7,418 nucleotides of DNA, taken from contig NZ_PGGB02000018.1 in assembly GCF_002803295.2 (NCBI RefSeq), positions 1-7,418 on the forward strand, in the 5' to 3' direction. The first letter of the stretch is position 1. Every line of letters starts with the position of its first letter. This DNA comes from Caedibacter taeniospiralis. GTDB lineage: Bacteria; Pseudomonadota; Gammaproteobacteria; Francisellales; Francisellaceae. Positions 1 through 5,607 of the stretch are shown here, in pieces. The translations under genes were made by a program, and so were the position numbers. The notes under the pieces were generated by a model. The model was not told the origin of the DNA. It was given only the letters and a program-made list of their open reading frames with translations, and did no database searches.

Positions 1-53
1 GGATCCATCATCCGTTGATTGATATCTTCTGAGAAATGTTCTATATCCGCCAT
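1..53 (-). CDS. 5' end of a further ORF (MADIEHFSEDINQRMMD...), cut by the window edge; by position it is a candidate for the R-body locus accessory gene (rebC-like)
   Basis: Minus strand reads ATG GCG GAT ATA GAA CAT TTC TCA GAA GAT ATC AAT CAA CGG ATG ATG GAT CC with no stop. It starts 8 nt after the stop of the 81-aa reb paralogue, in the same direction. The rebC suggestion rests only on gene order remembered from the Caedibacter reb locus. The Shine-Dalgarno is weak. Confidence 0.45.
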   Translation of the reverse strand, partial: MADIEHFSEDINQRMMD

Positions 54-61
54 TTACAAGA

Positions 62-307
62 TTATCCCATCATTTTCATAATACGTTCACAGGCAACAGA
101 AGTGACGGCTTGACCGATTTGATTTAACTGTTGAGAGCTTGATTGAGCATTTTGAATAGCTAAATTAGCGGTTGAAGCAACGCCTTGATACAGCACACCC
201 ATTGCTTGAGCTGGTGCCATACCTATAACATTCATCATATTTGAAGTGACAGAATCGGTCACTTGTGGATTCACATAAAGATTGGGTGTTATTGCATTAT
301 CTGCCAT
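62..307 (-). CDS. rebD: RebB-family R-body protein (third paralogue, 81 aa; probable RebD)
   Basis: The protein NPQVTDSVTSNMMNVIGMAPAQAMGVLYQGVASTANLAIQNAQSSSQQLNQIGQAVTS aligns along its length with the core of the two neighbouring reb proteins (NSQITDSVTQTN...LG..PA......L.Q...QA.GL..QN.....QQ.N...QA.T). The rebD symbol comes from size and order relative to the known locus, from memory. Confidence 0.8.
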   Translation of the reverse strand: MADNAITPNLYVNPQVTDSVTSNMMNVIGMAPAQAMGVLYQGVASTANLAIQNAQSSSQQLNQIGQAVTSVACERIMKMMG

Positions 308-383
308 AGTTTGAAGCTCTAGTTAAAATGGATTGATATCAAAAAGCAAAATAAAAAAATAAAATAAGGAAAACGATAGCGTT

Positions 384-454
384 GGGTCAGGAAGTAATAC
401 GTTATGCGTTGAGGAGAAACTCAATAATACAAATCAACGTATACTTCCTAACCC
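384..454. repeat. Nested imperfect inverted repeat (71 bp span), outer arms GGGTCAGGAAGTA / TACTTCCTAACCC
   Basis: Arms 384-396 and 442-454 pair at 12/13 positions. Inner arms ACGTT 399-403 / AACGT 436-440 and TTGAG 409-413 / CTCAA 420-424 continue inward to a 6-nt loop. Confidence 0.75.
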
Positions 455-545
455 CAGCTTTCTTCCCCCACGAGAACAATTAACCATCTCTGATGATTTT
501 TATCTACTTTAAATGATTTTATTTCGCTTATCATACTTTAATTTA

Positions 546-564
546 GCCAATTTATCTGATTGGC
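546..564 (-). terminator. Weak hairpin downstream of rebB (GCCAAT-7 nt-ATTGGC), possible weak terminator or 3' processing structure
   Basis: Perfect 6-bp stem 546-551/559-564 with a 7-nt loop, starting 26 nt past the rebB stop. The minus-strand downstream tract TAAATTAAAG is not a proper U-tract, so the terminator call is weak. Confidence 0.3.
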
Positions 565-589
565 ATTATTTTAGCATATCAAATAAGCA

Positions 590-907
590 TTAACCATTTT
601 TAGCGGCTTTAATAACAGCAAGGGCATCAGTTAAACGGCTTGTGTCATTAGAACGGTTCACTGAACCAATGGCTTGAGCATTAGCTGCCGTGTCAACAGA
701 ATATAGAATACTCATACCTTGAGTGGTTGATGCCTGATGAAGCATATTAGATTGTTGCTGATTGGTTACAGAGTTTTGTATAGATAAGCCAGCAGCTTGT
801 GTTGCCATTTGCATTAAGCTTCCAGTGGTAAACGCAGGCATTTCACCTAATATTTTAGTGTTTGTTTGTGTTACTGAATCTGTAATTTGTGAATTTACAT
901 TACTCAT
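590..907 (-). CDS. rebB: R-body structural protein, RebB family (105 aa)
   Basis: Begins MSNVNSQITDSVTQTNTKILGEMPAFTTGSLMQMATQAAGLSIQNSVTNQQQSNMLHQASTTQGMSILYSVD, the typical RebB/'killing trait' family core. Minus-strand Shine-Dalgarno AAGGA (plus 915-919), 7 nt before the ATG. Paralogous to the 114-aa neighbour. Confidence 0.92.
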   Translation of the reverse strand: MSNVNSQITDSVTQTNTKILGEMPAFTTGSLMQMATQAAGLSIQNSVTNQQQSNMLHQASTTQGMSILYSVDTAANAQAIGSVNRSNDTSRLTDALAVIKAAKNG

Positions 908-939
908 TTTTTATTCCTTACTTTGTCTGGGTTTTAAAT

Positions 940-958
940 CGTAAGATTTTATCTTACG
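940..958 (-). promoter_or_regulatory. Perfect hairpin CGTAAGAT-AAA-ATCTTACG in the rebA-rebB intergenic region
   Basis: 8-bp perfect stem (940-947/951-958) with a 3-nt loop, between the rebA stop (988) and rebB start (907). It could be an attenuator, an RNA stabiliser or a weak terminator. It is followed on the minus strand by ATTTAAAA, not a clean U-tract. Confidence 0.6.
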
Positions 959-987
959 GTGTTTTATAAATAATCTATTTTTAATAC

Positions 988-1332
988 TTATGCTTTATCA
1001 ACGCCAAGCGCATCAATCAGTCCAGCCATGTCAGTTGAATTGTCAACAGTACTGACTGCTTGACCATCTGAAGCAGCTGAAAGCGTATACATAATAGATA
1101 AGCCTTGAGTGGTTGCTGCATCTGATAGCATATTTGTTTGTTTTTGACCAACAACAGCATTTTGCATTGCTAAACCATTAGCTTGTGCGCTCATTTGCAT
1201 TAAATTTGTCATGATTTGTGCTGGAGTAGAACCAAGAACCATTGTGTTAGTTTGTGTTACTGAATCAGTAATTTGGCTATTTACGATGTCAGTTGTGTTG
1301 CCTACATCAGCAGTAGAAGTAGTAGTCGCCAT
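988..1332 (-). CDS. rebA: R-body structural protein, RebB family (114 aa; probable RebA)
   Basis: Contains VNSQITDSVTQTNTMVLGSTPAQIMTNLMQMSAQANGLAMQNAVVGQKQTNMLSDAATTQGLSIMY. Strong Shine-Dalgarno AAGGAG (plus 1339-1344), 6 nt from the ATG. First of the three paralogues and preceded by a good promoter. Confidence 0.92.
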   Translation of the reverse strand: MATTTSTADVGNTTDIVNSQITDSVTQTNTMVLGSTPAQIMTNLMQMSAQANGLAMQNAVVGQKQTNMLSDAATTQGLSIMYTLSAASDGQAVSTVDNSTDMAGLIDALGVDKA

Positions 1333-1394
1333 TTTGAGCTCCTTGTTTTGATTAATTTAAAGTGTGTACTGATTCTCTTTTACAGAGAGAACTA

Positions 1395-1403
1395 ATTATA
1401 TCA
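1395..1403 (-). promoter_or_regulatory. Extended -10 promoter element (TGATATAAT) upstream of rebA
   Basis: Minus strand reads AAATATGATATAATTAG: TGn plus consensus TATAAT. Predicted start near 1388 gives a ~55-nt leader ahead of the strong rebA ribosome binding site. No good -35 at 17 nt, as expected for an extended -10 promoter. Very AT-rich upstream tract. Confidence 0.65.
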
Positions 1404-1426
1404 TATTTAATTTATTTAAAAATATA

Positions 1427-1444
1427 AAAATAAATATTTATTTT
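1427..1444. repeat. Perfect 18-bp palindrome AAAATAAATATTTATTTT
   Basis: The sequence equals its own reverse complement. It lies just after the stop of the 250-aa ORF (1446) and upstream of the rebA -10. Confidence 0.8.
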
Positions 1445-1445
1445 C

Positions 1446-2198
1446 TCATAATCTTTGACGCTCTTCAGCTAAGGCTATCTCTTGCTTTATCATGTTGGTT
1501 AAATAAACTGGGTTAGTACTGAAACTGAAATTGTTAAACCATGATACAGGCGCAAGAACGATTAATTTCTCAGCTTCAATATATCTTGTATCAAAGACAG
1601 GCTGGTAAAAAACATCGCCCTTGAGGGTTTGTGTTATTGTTAGTGCTGCTACTTGACTTAATTGAGTAGAGGACATCAGTAATCGCGCCAAACCACAATC
1701 AAAGATATTTGTTTGCGTATTACCATACATCCCAACGTGGTGGTCAATAACACAGCAAAATAGCAGTGAATTGCCTTGATTAATATCGTCGATGTCTTCA
1801 GTGGTTAATGAACTCTTGATAAAATCAAACCATTTGCGGGTATTTTTTGAAATCGAATCAGCATCTAATTTATTGGAGTCGATTTGTTCTTCTTTTTCTT
1901 CTTGTCCTGCATTAGATATAAGTGAACAAATCTTGATATTATTAAGCACAGTGCTTTGCAACGATTGTGAAACAATCTTCTCAATACTCATTTTATCATT
2001 TGTGCAGAATATAAAAATATTCTTATGTGGTTTAACGCTACGATGTATGGCTTTTAAAAAATCAAGCACATAACTTAACACGCAATAGCTGTTGTATTCA
2101 TCAGTAGAGTTATCTTTTGTGGCAGGTTGTTCGCCAATCACAAAGGCATATATTTTCTCATCTAAAAAATCAGATAGGATCGGTTTTTTAAACATCAT
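1446..2198 (-). CDS. Hypothetical protein (250 aa), function unknown, between the phage-like module and the R-body genes
   Basis: Uninterrupted 250-codon ORF, co-directional with and tightly packed between neighbours (29 nt from the upstream stop). Begins MMFKKPILSDFLDEKIYAFVIGEQPATKD. No family recognised. Confidence 0.8.
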   Translation of the reverse strand: MMFKKPILSDFLDEKIYAFVIGEQPATKDNSTDEYNSYCVLSYVLDFLKAIHRSVKPHKNIFIFCTNDKMSIEKIVSQSLQSTVLNNIKICSLISNAGQEEKEEQIDSNKLDADSISKNTRKWFDFIKSSLTTEDIDDINQGNSLLFCCVIDHHVGMYGNTQTNIFDCGLARLLMSSTQLSQVAALTITQTLKGDVFYQPVFDTRYIEAEKLIVLAPVSWFNNFSFSTNPVYLTNMIKQEIALAEERQRL

Positions 2199-2227
2199 AG
2201 CAATTCACTCTTTTTACTTTTTTACTT

Positions 2228-4210
2228 TTATTGATTCTCTTCTCGCCTGCCATTTTCTGCATTTTCTGCAATTTCTGCCATCAGCTGTTGTATATTCATA
2301 CTCAATTGAGCTTTAACGGTATTGTCGAGCATTTTAGCATGCTCTGGTGTTGGGTTTTTGAGATACCGCATTAATTTCTCTCTGGTTATCGGTTTTGCAT
2401 ACAGTTGACCTAACGCTATAGCTGCAGCTGAAGAGGCGCTTGATTTGATGGCTTCTCCCCACCTAAGCGAAACAATATGTTCAGTGGCAACCTTAGCCGC
2501 AGTAAACAACGACTGGGTTGCCGCGGTACCTGATGGGTTTAAGCTATTGCGGCTCTTGACAGTAAACTGATGCGCAATGGCACCCAGGTTTTTTAAAGTG
2601 TTCGCATTGTCTGGTCCAATAATTTTGACAAATTCTTGATTGGTTAAAGCTTTGTTAATCTGCTTTTTGAAAGTTGCATAATTAAAGGCTTCTTTGGTAC
2701 CAATCGCATGAGGATCTAAAAATTTATCGAATATTTCGCGGCGTTTAATCTCACCATGGAGTTTGTTAGCCGCATCAAAAGGTTTTTTAAACGCTTCATT
2801 CGTAAGTGCATAGTCGTCAATATCAGCTCTTAGACTGGACGTTATTTTTTTTAATCTTGCTTTGGAGGTATTGGATAAACTCTGCTCTCCTTTGCGGTAA
2901 ATTTGGTCATAGAGCTCTTGCTTTTGTGCAATCAAAGAGTCTACTTCTACAGGGATGGCCATAGAAGAAGTAGAAGAAGTAGAAAAAAAGCCTGATTCTT
3001 TCAAGGCCTGTTCATAAGCCTTTGTGCCTGATCGAATCCCTGATTTCTCAAGAGAAGATTGAAGCCTAGATAACTCACTACCATTGGAATAGGCTTCTTT
3101 TAGATCGGTCACTATTTTTTGAATACTTGCCGTTTCAGGGCTTTTCTTAGCAACTTTTGTGAGTTCGGCATCTACTTCCTCAAGCGCTTTGAGTGTTTTA
3201 TCTGGCTTGATGGTTTGACCTTGTCGAATATGTTTTGCGGCTTCCTCATAGAGTGCTTTTTGTCGATTTAGCACAGGTTCAACACCTTCAGCAGTAAGTT
3301 CAACATCTACTTTGTGTCCAATACTCTCTGCAATGGCATGCCGTTTAGAGAGTAATGCCTCATTCGTTGCCTCGATAGATTGACGCATTTTGTCTCCGGC
3401 AACAGGCAGCTTAGAGGCAGAAGTGCTGATAGCATCAACGACTTTTGAATCAGAAGAAACAAATCTTGGTATAGGAATATCTTCACGCAATGCGGCTTTG
3501 GTGCCTTGGTTGAGTTTTGATATAGCTTTTACTGTCCTCTCACCGCCAATTGAATTAATTGAATGAGCTATTTTTGGTAGCGCTACTGGCGTTAATCCTG
3601 CTGAAAGACCAACACCGGTTGCCGTGAGTGGGTCTGCGCCAAGCGCTTCAGCAGCTTGCGTTGTCGCACCTATCCCAGCAGCAATTCCTACATCAGTTGG
3701 CTTGGTACTGCCCAAGTAAGGCGCAACTTTACTGCCTTCTTTCAAAACTTTGGCTGCAATACCACCTGCTAACATTCCTGTGCCAAATTCAATACCTTTT
3801 CCAAGGATACCTGCGTCTCCTTCAGATAATCCACCAGAGATAAAATCAACGCCTTGACCAACAAGCTCTGACGGCATTTTACCTTCAGCTATGCCTGCAT
3901 CGGTTATTTTGTTAATACCTGCAATACCAAGATTTCCAAGTGCAACAGCAAAATCTGGAATAGCAGCAAGACCTTTTAAGGCAGGTTTTACGCCTTCTCT
4001 TAAGACCTGCTTTGAAAAATTAATCCAAAAAGAATCACTATTCACTTGCTTAAATACATCGCGCTTTTTTTGCTCATGGTCAATTTGGTTATCGCTATTA
4101 TCATCGATTGGCGTTAATCCTTCAAAGATGCCAACAGGAGGAGAAAGAGCAGAAACTTCTTCAACAGCGCTTAAGCCTTCAAAAATCGAAGATTTCGTGG
4201 ACGAACTCAT
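2228..4210 (-). CDS. Putative phage virion/DNA-ejection-like protein (660 aa)
   Basis: Long ORF. Gly/Ala-rich hydrophobic segments in the N-terminal third (FISGGLSEGDAGILGKGIEFGTGMLAGGIAAKVLKEG, DVGIAAGIGATTQAAEALGADPLTATGVGLSAGLTPVALPKIAH), then long charged helical stretches. Grouped with a tail-collar-like gene and two other helical ORFs. The function is inferred from composition and synteny, not homology. Confidence 0.55.
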   Translation of the reverse strand: MSSSTKSSIFEGLSAVEEVSALSPPVGIFEGLTPIDDNSDNQIDHEQKKRDVFKQVNSDSFWINFSKQVLREGVKPALKGLAAIPDFAVALGNLGIAGINKITDAGIAEGKMPSELVGQGVDFISGGLSEGDAGILGKGIEFGTGMLAGGIAAKVLKEGSKVAPYLGSTKPTDVGIAAGIGATTQAAEALGADPLTATGVGLSAGLTPVALPKIAHSINSIGGERTVKAISKLNQGTKAALREDIPIPRFVSSDSKVVDAISTSASKLPVAGDKMRQSIEATNEALLSKRHAIAESIGHKVDVELTAEGVEPVLNRQKALYEEAAKHIRQGQTIKPDKTLKALEEVDAELTKVAKKSPETASIQKIVTDLKEAYSNGSELSRLQSSLEKSGIRSGTKAYEQALKESGFFSTSSTSSMAIPVEVDSLIAQKQELYDQIYRKGEQSLSNTSKARLKKITSSLRADIDDYALTNEAFKKPFDAANKLHGEIKRREIFDKFLDPHAIGTKEAFNYATFKKQINKALTNQEFVKIIGPDNANTLKNLGAIAHQFTVKSRNSLNPSGTAATQSLFTAAKVATEHIVSLRWGEAIKSSASSAAAIALGQLYAKPITREKLMRYLKNPTPEHAKMLDNTVKAQLSMNIQQLMAEIAENAENGRREENQ

Positions 4211-5583
4211 ACGATAACACCACCACGTTGTACTGCAATCTTAGCGTCACGAGCATTTAGTCGCATGATTTGGCCAGTATTGGGGTCTTTTACCGTAAAA
4301 ACAGTAGGAACGTTAGAAACTTGATCAGATTGAGTTGAATCTATAGGATGCTCAACAGTTTCAGTGGCAGTTTTCCAATGAGCAGTTGGGTTGTTTTGCG
4401 TATATGTACTGAATTTTTGATAAGCATGATTTTTTGAAAACTGTACGTCATTTTTCATATCATGCAGCATGTCTTTAAAAGCATCTGCTGTCATCATCCA
4501 GTTGGGTACTGATTTGCTGCCTATTCTTTCAAGAAACATATTAGGGCGGGTAAAAAGTGCTGCTTTGTCAATCACCAGTTCATTGATGTATTTATTAAGT
4601 TTGGTGATTACCGTTGATTTTTCAGGATTGAGCTTAGTCGCCAAAGAGCGTAATGCATTACCCAAAGCACTTGGTTCTTCTGACATCCAAAGACTCATTA
4701 GTTGGCTATTAAACACATCTTCGTTGCCATCAACTAAGGATAGCATATCATCAATTTTTCTTTCGGCTAATGCAGTTTTTTCAATAATAGCTTGTAGTGT
4801 AGGAATCTCTTTTTGCTGTATTTGAGCTGCCGTTTTTGCGGCATGTTCGTTAAAGATTTTTTCTGGTTCGTGGAAAGTATAACGCTGCTTTAAATTCTCC
4901 CAGCCGAGTTCATTGTGTTGTGCTTGAATATCCATACGTTGCTGCGCCATTTCGCGTTTAGCTTGCTCATGCAGTGCTCTCTCTGTCTGCAATAATGCGT
5001 ATTCATCATTCGCATTATCATGATCGGCATACAACATACCCATATCAACCACACCTGTTTCTCCATTCGCTTTATCCATCATTGTCCAAATAGCAGGATT
5101 GGTATTGTCAATACTGAGTAAACTCACCTCTTCTCCAGATAGCTGATTACTCATCCGTAGCATATTTTCTGCTTGTTGTCTCAACGTCTGATTATCCATG
5201 TATTTCATGTTTTTCAAAAAAGCGCTCGCGTAAGGTCTCATTTTTTCTTTGGTATATTCGACAGCTTGGTGTGCTTGAAGCTCTTTGTCCATTGCTTGAT
5301 TTTGTTCTGTAAGGTAAGACATCACTTGATTGAATTTGTCTAATTTTTCACGACGTTTTTGATTATCCGCTATATTCATGCCGGTGCTAAAACCCAAGAG
5401 TGCTGTTCTTGCTAATTTGTCTGAACCTTTATCAGAGAACGTCTCTGATAGTTCTTTAAATGACTGAGTACGCTGTTGTGTATTTGCAAGACTGGTATTC
5501 AATTCAGCATTAAGTTGATTGCTTATCATTTGACCATTATCTTTGAAATATTGTTTGCGCAAATTGGAGCCATTATTTTTCAT
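4207..5583 (-). CDS. Putative phage virion/DNA-ejection-like protein (458 aa)
   Basis: Long ORF rich in Q, N, K and E with predicted helical character (LANTQQRTQSFKELSETF, HEQAKREMAQQRMDIQAQHNELGWENLKQRY). Its stop overlaps the start of the 660-aa ORF in an ATGA junction. Function by context only. Confidence 0.5.
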   Translation of the reverse strand: MKNNGSNLRKQYFKDNGQMISNQLNAELNTSLANTQQRTQSFKELSETFSDKGSDKLARTALLGFSTGMNIADNQKRREKLDKFNQVMSYLTEQNQAMDKELQAHQAVEYTKEKMRPYASAFLKNMKYMDNQTLRQQAENMLRMSNQLSGEEVSLLSIDNTNPAIWTMMDKANGETGVVDMGMLYADHDNANDEYALLQTERALHEQAKREMAQQRMDIQAQHNELGWENLKQRYTFHEPEKIFNEHAAKTAAQIQQKEIPTLQAIIEKTALAERKIDDMLSLVDGNEDVFNSQLMSLWMSEEPSALGNALRSLATKLNPEKSTVITKLNKYINELVIDKAALFTRPNMFLERIGSKSVPNWMMTADAFKDMLHDMKNDVQFSKNHAYQKFSTYTQNNPTAHWKTATETVEHPIDSTQSDQVSNVPTVFTVKDPNTGQIMRLNARDAKIAVQRGGVIV

Positions 5584-5607
5584 GTCATTGCCTATTCTTT
5601 TATTCTT

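Noticed and set aside
1-6. GGATCC at the window start as a biological boundary
   Set aside because: A BamHI site exactly at base 1 is best explained by a cloning or coordinate-origin choice.
384-454. Interpretation of the nested inverted repeat as a CRISPR repeat, tRNA or confirmed transposon terminus
   Set aside because: It is a single copy with no repeat-spacer periodicity, no tRNA-like fold and no transposase ORF or target duplication visible. It is reported only as a structured repeat of unknown role.
762-944. Plus-strand 60-aa ORF opposite rebB
   Set aside because: Fully antisense to a well-supported RebB-family gene. Cysteine-rich, low-complexity translation typical of a shadow ORF.
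1792-2316. Plus-strand ORFs 1792-2073 and 2092-2316
   Set aside because: Antisense to the long 250-aa ORF and the end of the 660-aa ORF. Their translations show no recognisable domain and fit a reverse-frame artefact.
3628-4217. Plus-strand ORFs 3628-3843 and 3891-4217
   Set aside because: Antisense to the 660-aa ORF. Their Leu/Gln/Ser-rich composition mirrors Ala/Gly/Leu codons of the real frame.
4469-4825. Plus-strand 118-aa ORF
   Set aside because: Antisense to the 458-aa ORF, with no supporting context or homology signal. Hydrophobic content is explained by the complement of charged codons.
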